IMG/VR virus record: IMGVR_UViG_3300022666_000338
Location: 1 to 26,417 of that record
Source of the DNA: a virus
Lineage: Duplodnaviria > Caudoviricetes
DNA length: 26,417 nucleotides
Direction: 5' to 3' (one strand)
Shown piece by piece: positions 8,515-16,157 of this stretch. The notes beneath the pieces were generated by a model. That model was not told the origin of the DNA and did no database searches. It saw only the letters and a program-made list of their open reading frames with translations. Every line of letters begins with the position of its first letter. The stretch's first letter is position 1. Both the position numbers and the translations under genes were made by a program.

Positions 8515-8595
8515 TCAGACGGCGGTTAGGATTGAATAAAAGGCGATGATGATTGCCGCCGCCATGATTCCGACCGGAATGAGGCAGCCTCGCAT
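8515..8595 (-). CDS. 26-aa hydrophobic peptide (MRGCLIPVGIMAAAIIIAFYSILTAV)
   Basis: Exactly fills the tail tube-holin gap with TGA-T-ATG junctions on both sides; below the ORF-track cutoff. Confidence 0.6.
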   Translation of the reverse strand: MRGCLIPVGIMAAAIIIAFYSILTAV

Positions 8596-8596
8596 A

Positions 8597-9565
8597 TCAG
8601 TAGCTCGCGACCGTGTTCCGTACGGTGCTCGTAAGCATCGACGAATCCGTCTCCGAGTAATACGCCTTGAATTTCAGCGTCTGGGTGACGATGTCTCCCT
8701 TATTGAATTTGCGCGGAACCTCTTCCAGTATCACCTTGGCGAATTCAAAGCGGATGCGCGGGCTCGATGAGACGCCGATCGTGACGGCGGAATTCAAGAA
8801 ATCGATACGCAGCGCTTGAGCCGTATTGCCAAGCAAGTTGGTGATTTGGGACTGGTCGTCGTAGTTAAGCTCGATTTCCCCTTCCGCTTGGAACTGGCGG
8901 TTCAAAATATCGACGGGGTCGACGCTTCCCAGTGCTCGGTCATCGTCCACGTTCTTCCCGATTTTGACCGTCACCTTGCGCACCTTGATCGGAGTCGCGA
9001 CATTCAATCCGGAAATGCTGGAAGCGACTCGAATATCCCCCATAGTCGGTAGGAAAATGTTCTCCGCGACATACGTGGCGGTACGCACTTGCGATGCGCC
9101 CGTCTTGGAACGGAACCCGAACTTGGCCATGGCGTGCTTATCGAGCTCAACCGCGAATTCGAGATCGGTCAGCATGGAGAGTGCATAGTCCTTGCCGGCG
9201 TTCGGCTCCTTGAGATGGACGGAAAGCGATTGATGCTGGTTGGACTGCTGCACGGAAAACGCGTGGTCATAGACGCCCGTTTCGACGGTCGTGTCTGCTA
9301 CCGATCCAAACAAAGACAACATGAGTAACCCGATGGACTTGTCGCGGACCGGAAGCGTGAAGCTGCCCTCCGCATATTTCTCCACGACTTGAGCGTCGAT
9401 GGAGTTCTCGATGAGATTGCGGGACGATTCGTCGACCGCGTGCGCGACTCGTTCGTCGATGGAAACTTCAGACGGGCGCAACCAGTAGCCTGGAGCGACG
9501 GCCGTGCCTCGGACGGTTTCCTTCCCGACGCCGAGATCGATGCGCGAACCTGTGAATTTGGACAT
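8597..9565 (-). CDS. Major tail (tube) protein
   Basis: 322 aa after the neck genes. N-terminal LGVGKETVRGT, YDHAFSV and EGEIELNY resemble tube proteins. Confidence 0.8.
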   Translation of the reverse strand: MSKFTGSRIDLGVGKETVRGTAVAPGYWLRPSEVSIDERVAHAVDESSRNLIENSIDAQVVEKYAEGSFTLPVRDKSIGLLMLSLFGSVADTTVETGVYDHAFSVQQSNQHQSLSVHLKEPNAGKDYALSMLTDLEFAVELDKHAMAKFGFRSKTGASQVRTATYVAENIFLPTMGDIRVASSISGLNVATPIKVRKVTVKIGKNVDDDRALGSVDPVDILNRQFQAEGEIELNYDDQSQITNLLGNTAQALRIDFLNSAVTIGVSSSPRIRFEFAKVILEEVPRKFNKGDIVTQTLKFKAYYSETDSSMLTSTVRNTVASY

Positions 9566-9568
9566 ATG

Positions 9569-9781
9569 TTATGGAGTTGAGATATCAAAACGGCGGTTGT
9601 ATTCGGCAACCGCCTCTTCGAATGAATCGGCGACGATGGTCGTGGGCGGACGCCCGCCTTCCGCGCTGAAATAAAATTCCTGCGCGCTAACTCGCGCTTC
9701 ATTTTGGATGGCGAGCCTGCGCTCCTCGCTCTTCGAACGGGGTGCGGACGCAAACGCCTTGTTTTCGGCTTTTTCGATCAT
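9569..9781 (-). CDS. Hypothetical protein (70 aa)
   Basis: Tiles between the tail terminator-like gene and the tube gene; starts 8 nt after motif D. Confidence 0.7.
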   Translation of the reverse strand: MIEKAENKAFASAPRSKSEERRLAIQNEARVSAQEFYFSAEGGRPPTTIVADSFEEAVAEYNRRFDISTP

Positions 9782-9831
9782 ACGGATGAAGCGTATCCAT
9801 CCGCCGACCTGCGAAGCCGAAGCTATCCACA
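9782..9831 (-). promoter_or_regulatory. Late-promoter-like motif copy D (upstream of the tail tube block)
   Basis: Minus strand: TGTGGATAG-N27-TACGCT-N8-ATG. Confidence 0.72.
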
Positions 9832-9832
9832 G

Positions 9833-10270
9833 CTAGGAATTCCCCTGCACTTTCCGGCACTTGAGCGTGACGACTGAAACGTAGTGCGGTTTGCCTCTCC
9901 ACTCGATGACGCCTGACCGCGAGAGCGCGGGATACACGTCGCCGTCGCATACGCCTCCGAGCGTGCGATCATGGGCGAATTGATAGATGAGGTCGTCGAT
10001 GACCGAATCCAGAGACTTCTCCGCCGCCGACGTGCCCGCGTTGTCCATTTCGGCGTACAGCAAAATGTCGAATTGGTATTCGATCAAATCCTCTTGGTTC
10101 GTGAAGTACGAACCTTCGGACGGCGCTCTGCGAAGTTCGGCGACGGGATAGCTCGCGATATCGAGCTTCAGCTGGTCTTGTTCGCCGTCATAAACCTCGC
10201 CCAAAACGCCTGCGGTCTTGCGGGCGTCGAGTTTCGCTTTAAGTGCTGAACGGATGGATACGAGCGACAT
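9833..10270 (-). CDS. Tail terminator / tail completion-like protein
   Basis: 145 aa, between the gp10-like gene and the tube gene; SYPVAEL and DRTLGG motifs. Confidence 0.6.
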   Translation of the reverse strand: MSLVSIRSALKAKLDARKTAGVLGEVYDGEQDQLKLDIASYPVAELRRAPSEGSYFTNQEDLIEYQFDILLYAEMDNAGTSAAEKSLDSVIDDLIYQFAHDRTLGGVCDGDVYPALSRSGVIEWRGKPHYVSVVTLKCRKVQGNS

Positions 10271-10271
10271 A

Positions 10272-10658
10272 TTAAAATGCTGGGACGCGCATAGTTTCCA
10301 CGATCTTCTGCGCGGCTTCGTCGAAGCGTTTGTTGATGAGCGGTTCGGACGCCTGGGCGAGCTTCTCCATGAACTTGCGAGGCTTGATGTACCGCGTGCC
10401 TTGGTCCACGTAAATCGCGTATTCGACCGTTGGACCGACGGCGCGCCAGAGGTTTCCGCGAACGATTCCTTCCTTGAACGATTGCGACATGCGGGTCGTG
10501 CGGTACGGGACGATACCGCGATGCGGCAATGCGTAATTCAAAACGATGTCGACCGAACGGTCGAGCGCCTCGTCGATGCATTCGAGGGACATGCGCGGAT
10601 ATCTCGCGACGGCCAGCCTCAGATCGTCGAGATTACGGATGCGGATCGTGATAGGCAT
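10272..10658 (-). CDS. HK97 gp10-like neck protein
   Basis: VPYRTTRMSQS and VEYAIYVDQGTRYIKPRKFM motif; start re-called at MPITIRI (TGA-T-ATG junction). Confidence 0.8.
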   Translation of the reverse strand: MPITIRIRNLDDLRLAVARYPRMSLECIDEALDRSVDIVLNYALPHRGIVPYRTTRMSQSFKEGIVRGNLWRAVGPTVEYAIYVDQGTRYIKPRKFMEKLAQASEPLINKRFDEAAQKIVETMRVPAF

Positions 10659-10659
10659 A

Positions 10660-11277
10660 TCAACCGAGATAGACGCGTCGATAACGGTCGAGCGAAAGCT
10701 GTTCCTCGGGCTCGAGCGTCTCCATCCACATCGCCATGGCCTCTCCGGCCTGTTCGCGGCTTTTGCCGACGCTTTCGCGCTTTTTGAAGGCTTTGATGGC
10801 CAGCCTTTCGCAGAGATCGGACAAATCGAACGGCAACGTGTGCTTCGTCGCGTCCGTGTCATGGGAAAAATCGATTTTGTAACCGGCCGTATATCCGACT
10901 TGGATATTGTTTGTCCCTGCGGGTACGCCTCCGTAGATGCGGATGAGTCCGGAAGATCCGTCTCCTACGAGTTCGAAGTCCGTGGGTAGGAAATCCGTCC
11001 ATGAGGGAGCCGACGGGACGCCTGCGCGATATTGCAGGCTCGTAAGCGCGGTGACGGGTGCCTGCTTCAGCATAAGCATCCGTGCGCCTTCGGATTCGAC
11101 CAAATAGACTTCGTTGGAATAAGCGGTCTCCTTGAAACGCCGTCCGCAATACGACTCGATGAGATCCGTGGACGCGTTAATCAGGCGCTCCAAGAGCGAA
11201 TCAAAACCCGAACTCGTGAGTCCGAGCCGGTCTTTGACCCTCTGGAGCGAGGTGAGCGCGTATGCGGTCGTGGCCAT
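10660..11277 (-). CDS. Head-tail connector (gp6-like adaptor)
   Basis: TSLQRVKDRLG, DSLLERLINASTDLIESYCGRRF, YTAGY, LPFDL, LDRYRR. Confidence 0.85.
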   Translation of the reverse strand: MATTAYALTSLQRVKDRLGLTSSGFDSLLERLINASTDLIESYCGRRFKETAYSNEVYLVESEGARMLMLKQAPVTALTSLQYRAGVPSAPSWTDFLPTDFELVGDGSSGLIRIYGGVPAGTNNIQVGYTAGYKIDFSHDTDATKHTLPFDLSDLCERLAIKAFKKRESVGKSREQAGEAMAMWMETLEPEEQLSLDRYRRVYLG

Positions 11278-11302
11278 AGCAGTATTCTAAACGATGCGGG
11301 AC

Positions 11303-11331
11303 TGTCGGGGAGCATGCTCGACTCCCCGACA
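11303..11331. other. GC-rich intergenic hairpin after the capsid/decoration genes
   Basis: TGTCGGGGAG-N9-CTCCCCGACA perfect 10-bp stem; no clear U tract. Confidence 0.6.
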
Positions 11332-11344
11332 AAGGCCGCCCCGT

Positions 11345-11761
11345 CTAGACCACGGCGTCCGGCACGATGGCCGGATTCTGTGCCGCGCTTCCGAGGTTGA
11401 ACAACCCAGCGAGGTCGATCGATGGAGTCGTTCCCGCGGCCGTCAGCACAAGGCGCACGTAGCGCTTGCGGCTGCCGGTTCCGAGGCCGTTTACGCCGAT
11501 CGTCTTGAGTTGGCCTGATTCGGTGATCGTCACCGATGCGCCGGCGACGTCGGCCATGTCCGACCCATCCGATTCGTCTCCTTCTTGGAGCTTCACGGCG
11601 TAGGTTTCGTCCGTGCTTGAAGTGTCGATCGTGCCAGCCGCGATGACGGCTTGCAGGTTGTCGAATCCCATGGTGTCCGCGACCGTTCCATCCGTGCTTG
11701 CGGTGAGCGTAGCCGGACCGAGCGATGCGAGGACGTTGATGTTTTCTGCCACTGTGTTCAT
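11345..11761 (-). CDS. Capsid decoration/cement-like protein (Bbp16-like)
   Basis: 138 aa beta-rich protein after the capsid gene, with VKLQEGD and KRYVRL motifs. Confidence 0.6.
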   Translation of the reverse strand: MNTVAENINVLASLGPATLTASTDGTVADTMGFDNLQAVIAAGTIDTSSTDETYAVKLQEGDESDGSDMADVAGASVTITESGQLKTIGVNGLGTGSRKRYVRLVLTAAGTTPSIDLAGLFNLGSAAQNPAIVPDAVV

Positions 11762-11937
11762 AGGTGTGGTTTGAGTGAATGAGGTTTGGGTGCGCGCTTT
11801 ATTTTCGGCGTCCCTTCTTTCGCGAGATACTCCGAACCGTAGGCGAGCGCCTCCTCGTCCGTGAGTTCAACCGTCTCCCCCGCTTCCTTGCGGTCGCCGA
11901 GGACGATGATCGGCCTCAAAACTTTGAAGGCGCTCAT
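11758..11937 (-). CDS. Small head-module protein (59 aa; MSAFKVLRPIIVLGDRKEAGETVELTDEEALAYG...)
   Basis: Fills the capsid-decoration gap, with ATGA overlap to the next gene. GETVELTDEEA-type small proteins commonly follow capsid genes. Missed by the ORF track. Confidence 0.75.
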   Translation of the reverse strand: MSAFKVLRPIIVLGDRKEAGETVELTDEEALAYGSEYLAKEGTPKIKRAPKPHSLKPHL

Positions 11938-11941
11938 ATGG

Positions 11942-13129
11942 TTAGGCGCTTGCCGTCTTGATGGCGGTAAGGGCTTGCGGGAGCGAGATCACGGCAGCAT
12001 GGCGGTTACCCATGACCATGCCGATCTGGCGGGACAAGGCGACTTCCTTGCCTCCGAACGTGCCGCTCGTGAAGCGGTCCATTTCCATTTCGCCCTTCAT
12101 GCCGAGTCCGACGGCCTTGAGCGATCCGAACACGCCGAAGCGGGTTCCGGACGCAGAGTCGCTGAATTTCGGCAGGTGGCGGACTGTGTAGACCGGGAAT
12201 CCGAGGATGGAACCTGCGGGCTTCGGCCCGCCGTTCGACGGGTTCACTGAAAGCGTTTGCGGGTTCAAGCCTGCGAGCTGCAAGACGTAGAAACCTGCGT
12301 CGTCTTTCTGCGCGCGGAGTTTCGCCCAGACCGTGCGGCTGAAATAAAAGGCAGCCGAGTCGAGGGTGGATTCTTCCACGCTCGCGATCACGTCGGACGA
12401 ATCGTCGATGACCTTGTACTTGTCGAATCCGGTATTGCCGGACGACATCGTGTACGTGTTGACTTCCTTGCTCGGGAGAATGCCGACGAACGGATGGCCG
12501 GTCCCCACGAACACTTGCTTGTCGATCATGTTTGCCAAAGCTTCGGCGGCCAATGCCATGAGCCAATCGGCAACTGCTGGCGTCGCTTCGGCCAAGAGAT
12601 CCTTGCCCAAAACGAATGCCAGTTGCCAGCTCTTGGCGATGAGCCGGGCGGTCTTGAACGTGATGCCCGTGACGTTTCCGACGGCATCGACGCCAAGATA
12701 TTCGCCTTCGAGGAACGAGCCTCCGTAGGCTGGAATATCGAGTTCGTCGCCCTTCATTTCCCAACGCGCGCACTGCGAGATGGCGACGCCGACGGTCGCG
12801 GAGATGCGCAAGATGGCGTTCGCCACTTCGGTCGGAACGAGGTATCCGCCGCGAGAGTCCTGATCGCCGATCAATGCCTCGCCGGATTTCGTCTGCAACA
12901 CCACCGTCTTCACGAATTTCGCGAATTCGGTTTTCTGCGCGTCAGACAAGCCCGTCTTGTCATGACCCAAAAGGATACGTTCGAGCTTCAATTGCTCCAC
13001 GGCTTCGCGCACCATTCCGGCGCGTTCGTCGCCGATGAGCGCCTTCACTTTCTCGTGGAGGGCATTGTCGAGATGGCCCTTGATGTCTTCCGCGAGTTCG
13101 GTTTTGAACTGTTCGAGTTCTTTCAACAT
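11942..13129 (-). CDS. Major capsid protein, HK97 fold
   Basis: GGYLVPTEVANAI, DKQVFVGTG, LRAQKDDAGFY, ILGFPVYT, FGSL. Start re-called at MLKELEQF. Confidence 0.95.
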   Translation of the reverse strand: MLKELEQFKTELAEDIKGHLDNALHEKVKALIGDERAGMVREAVEQLKLERILLGHDKTGLSDAQKTEFAKFVKTVVLQTKSGEALIGDQDSRGGYLVPTEVANAILRISATVGVAISQCARWEMKGDELDIPAYGGSFLEGEYLGVDAVGNVTGITFKTARLIAKSWQLAFVLGKDLLAEATPAVADWLMALAAEALANMIDKQVFVGTGHPFVGILPSKEVNTYTMSSGNTGFDKYKVIDDSSDVIASVEESTLDSAAFYFSRTVWAKLRAQKDDAGFYVLQLAGLNPQTLSVNPSNGGPKPAGSILGFPVYTVRHLPKFSDSASGTRFGVFGSLKAVGLGMKGEMEMDRFTSGTFGGKEVALSRQIGMVMGNRHAAVISLPQALTAIKTASA

Positions 13130-13134
13130 AGAGA

Positions 13135-13953
13135 TTACTTTTTGATGAATAATTTGCTCTTTGCGAGAGCTTCCGAGGTTGCCGTGTTCACGGCACGCAA
13201 GACCTGACGTTGGAGAAGCCATTGCTTGAAGACTTCTTCGTCAGACCCTTCGTCACTCGACCTTTGTTTCGGGGCGCTCCCATCCGGCGCGTCTTTCCCC
13301 TCGGTACCCTGGTCTCCCGCTCCGCTTAGGAGCTGTTCCAGAGCACCGCTCGCTTGTTCCAATAGGTTGATGGCATTTTCAATCTGCGTCCGCGTATCCG
13401 CCGAGATCGTCCGGCCTGTTTTGGCCTCGACGGGTGCAGGCTCGGGATCAGCAGGCTTCTCTTCCGGTTTTTCCGATTTTCCGATGAACGCTTCGACGGC
13501 TTTCGCCTCGGCGTCACCGATATCCTTCACGGAAAGCGTCCGCGCATTCGGATTGCAGGGAACGGCAACGAAACTGATCTCGAGCAATTCATTCTTCATG
13601 GTTCCGTCCTGCGCCTGATTCCGCATGAAGCCGACGGACACCGTGTCGAGGAAACCTTGCTCGACCATCTCTCTCGTTTCACGCGCGGCATCGGTGATGT
13701 CGTGGAATAAAGGCTCGAATAATAGCTGTCGATTTTCCGCGCGGATGTTTTCCGCGAGTCCGACGATGGACTTTACGGAATAGTCATGATCGATGAGCAA
13801 TCGCGGTGACTTCTGGAAGTTCAAAAGATCCCAGCTCGATACCGGAATCGCTTCGCCGGAGCGGTCGATCGTTTCGTCGCTGGCAACGATCGTCACCCGC
13901 CCATCGGCGGCTTTCGTGACGGTTGCCTTGAGTTGTAGTTGTTCGGTCTGCAT
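13135..13953 (-). CDS. HK97-family prohead protease
   Basis: ASDETIDRSGE, LLIDHD, VSVGF, ELLEISFVAVPCNPNA. Confidence 0.93.
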   Translation of the reverse strand: MQTEQLQLKATVTKAADGRVTIVASDETIDRSGEAIPVSSWDLLNFQKSPRLLIDHDYSVKSIVGLAENIRAENRQLLFEPLFHDITDAARETREMVEQGFLDTVSVGFMRNQAQDGTMKNELLEISFVAVPCNPNARTLSVKDIGDAEAKAVEAFIGKSEKPEEKPADPEPAPVEAKTGRTISADTRTQIENAINLLEQASGALEQLLSGAGDQGTEGKDAPDGSAPKQRSSDEGSDEEVFKQWLLQRQVLRAVNTATSEALAKSKLFIKK

Positions 13954-14005
13954 ACCTTGGTGAAGCGTATCGGGTTAATGACGCGCATTGGTTTCTTTAT
14001 CCACA
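13954..14005 (-). promoter_or_regulatory. Late-promoter-like motif copy C (upstream of protease/capsid) containing a perfect DnaA box
   Basis: Minus strand: TGTGGATAA-N27-TACGCT-N10-ATG. TTATCCACA on the + strand at 13997-14005. Confidence 0.75.
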
Positions 14006-14006
14006 A

Positions 14007-16109
14007 TCAATCTTGAAGTTCTTCTACCTGAGGCACGACTTGGCATCGGCAATTCGGATGGAGCGCTCCGCCGGTCACGTCCGCGTAGTCCACGGGCATA
14101 GTTCCGCCGTCCGATCCCTGCACCACGTCGCCCTTGTCGTAAAAGTTTTCGTCAATGCCCACGACGGTTCCTTGGAGCGGGGCGCAGAATTCGCATACGA
14201 GTTCGTCGGCAGCCGTGTACCAAACGAGTTTCTGCACGCCTGACTGGCGATATGCTTCTCGTCCGGCCATATTGGCAACGCGGAACGCTTCGGTTTTCGC
14301 CACGCGTTCAGCCCTGACGTCGGATGAGAATTCGCCGATATCGCTGATGCGGTTCTTGAGCTTGTCGATCCCCTCGCCTGCATCGAGTCCATCCCTGAGG
14401 GCGTCCCTGAGCAGTCGAGTCGTTTCTTCCTGGTACGATTCGGCCATGATTCCGACGGCATCGTTCACGGCCTGATGCACGCGGGCAGTCGTATCGTCGA
14501 AAGCTCCACCGATGAGATCGGCAGATGCCCTGCCCTCGCTTCGATATAGATCATCGAAAATGGGACGGACGGCGCTTACGATGATGCGGACTTCGGAACG
14601 CGGATCAAGCAAAGTCGCGAGATCGAATGCCTTGGACTGCTCCTCGAGGCTTGCCGATGCGCGTTCAACCATACCTTGTGCATAGTCCGCCATCGTCTTC
14701 CGGATCCGTTTCTCGTATGGAGCGACGCGCTTCACGAACGCGCGCCATCTCGCCTCTTCCTGCATGAGCTTGATGATTTTTCCAAAACGGCTGAAACCTT
14801 CAGCTGCTTTGGATGCAACGGCTTTGACGGCAACCTCAACCTTCACCTCCACATCGTTCATGTTCTTGGCGGCCGTAATCGCCAGGTATGCCGAATGCGG
14901 AGCGAGCGATTTGTTCGGTTGAGATTTCGGGGCTCCGACGGGCGTCTGGGTAAATGAAGCCATGACCGAATCGCCGTTCTCGATAGGCTCGAGTCCCAGT
15001 TCGTCGCGGACTTCATTGACGCTCTCATATGGAGCTCCGCCCAACGCCGCGACGCGTTTCTTGATTGCAAGGTCCTCGTCCTCCGGAACTACGTTGTCGA
15101 ATTCGACGATCAGATCCTTGCCGAATCGCGGGATAAGCAAAACGTTCAAAAATGTTGCAATGCGCCGTAACCGCGGCATGACCGTGCGGAGCGCATAGAT
15201 GTAATTCGTTGCTTCAGCAGTTGCGCGGTTCAGGTTCTCGCCAGCTCCAAGTCCGAGTACGACATGAGGCGTTCTCAGTCCGGACAAAATGTCGTCTCTG
15301 GACCATTTAAGCTGTTCCACGAAATCCATCTCCTTCTGGCTCCAGCCCATCTTGTCCGGCTCGACGCCGTCCGGAAGGATTGCGACTTTGTGCGCGTTCT
15401 CGGTTCCACGATACCGATCTTCGAACTGCATGCGGATGGGATCCATCTGCTCCCGCGTTTTGAACTTGGATTTGAGGATGAGGTCGGGACGCGCGCTGTT
15501 ACGGAAAAAAGCCCGATTCCATTGGCGGGCGGATTGGTCGAGATCGACCGAGTCCGACATGGCTTGCACGGCTCCAAAACCGAGAATCGGATCGTCGGGA
15601 TTGGATTCGCGAATATGCAGGATCTGGTAAGGCTGAAAAATGTATTCGCGCGATTTATGCCGGTACTTGTATGCGACGATGGCCTCGGGAAAAGAATCGG
15701 TTCGTACAAGAGTGACGTTTTGTGCCTTTAGGAAGTACAGCACCTTTGGTTTCGAGTGCGGCGAATCGGCTCCGTCCATGTAGACGTAGGCGTTGCCGTA
15801 GAAGTCGAGCGACATGCTGACCATTTCGAGCAGTTCGGAATGCGTAGAAATGGGATTCGGTTTGTGCAACAGGTCGAGGGCGGGATGGGAATCGAGCTCG
15901 CTCCACGATCCGTCGGCTTTGACGCGATACAGGCGGAACGTGGAATATCCCACGGTCTCGCCGAGAAGTTTCGCAGCCTTGAATTGCCAGCCGAACGCGA
16001 CGTTGGATGCGCCGTTCAGCCAAGACGAAAACGCGTGGCCGACTTCGGCGATGCTTTTCCCGCTGCGGTAGAAGCGCCACGTTTCTTTCACGCGATCGAA
16101 GAAGTTCAT
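14007..16109 (-). CDS. HK97-family portal protein fused to a Mu gpF/SPP1 gp7-like head morphogenesis domain
   Basis: Portal motifs HPALDLLHKPNP, GNAYVY, FFRNSARP, SVNEVRDELGLEP. C-terminal RAERVAKTE, WYTAADELVCEFC, LHPNCRC. Start re-called at MNFFDRVK. Confidence 0.92.
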   Translation of the reverse strand: MNFFDRVKETWRFYRSGKSIAEVGHAFSSWLNGASNVAFGWQFKAAKLLGETVGYSTFRLYRVKADGSWSELDSHPALDLLHKPNPISTHSELLEMVSMSLDFYGNAYVYMDGADSPHSKPKVLYFLKAQNVTLVRTDSFPEAIVAYKYRHKSREYIFQPYQILHIRESNPDDPILGFGAVQAMSDSVDLDQSARQWNRAFFRNSARPDLILKSKFKTREQMDPIRMQFEDRYRGTENAHKVAILPDGVEPDKMGWSQKEMDFVEQLKWSRDDILSGLRTPHVVLGLGAGENLNRATAEATNYIYALRTVMPRLRRIATFLNVLLIPRFGKDLIVEFDNVVPEDEDLAIKKRVAALGGAPYESVNEVRDELGLEPIENGDSVMASFTQTPVGAPKSQPNKSLAPHSAYLAITAAKNMNDVEVKVEVAVKAVASKAAEGFSRFGKIIKLMQEEARWRAFVKRVAPYEKRIRKTMADYAQGMVERASASLEEQSKAFDLATLLDPRSEVRIIVSAVRPIFDDLYRSEGRASADLIGGAFDDTTARVHQAVNDAVGIMAESYQEETTRLLRDALRDGLDAGEGIDKLKNRISDIGEFSSDVRAERVAKTEAFRVANMAGREAYRQSGVQKLVWYTAADELVCEFCAPLQGTVVGIDENFYDKGDVVQGSDGGTMPVDYADVTGGALHPNCRCQVVPQVEELQD

Positions 16110-16157
16110 GGCGCAAGCATCGCAAAAACGCGAACGCCAAAGCCCGCTATATCCACA
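16110..16157 (-). promoter_or_regulatory. Late-promoter-like motif copy B (upstream of portal); box lies within the last codons of terL
   Basis: Minus strand: TGTGGATAT-N27-GATGCT-N6-ATG. Confidence 0.62.

Noticed and set aside
10722-10730. Other TCCACA-containing near-boxes (10722-10730, 25025-25033)
   Set aside because: Two or more mismatches, intragenic, and no AYGCT hexamer or ATG at the fixed spacing.
12257-13207. Long + strand ORFs antisense to the capsid, TMP (3680-4399, 5289-5978), methylase (18426-19451) and terminase genes
   Set aside because: Shadow ORFs expected in GC-rich coding DNA; the minus-strand frames carry recognisable motifs and tile the region.
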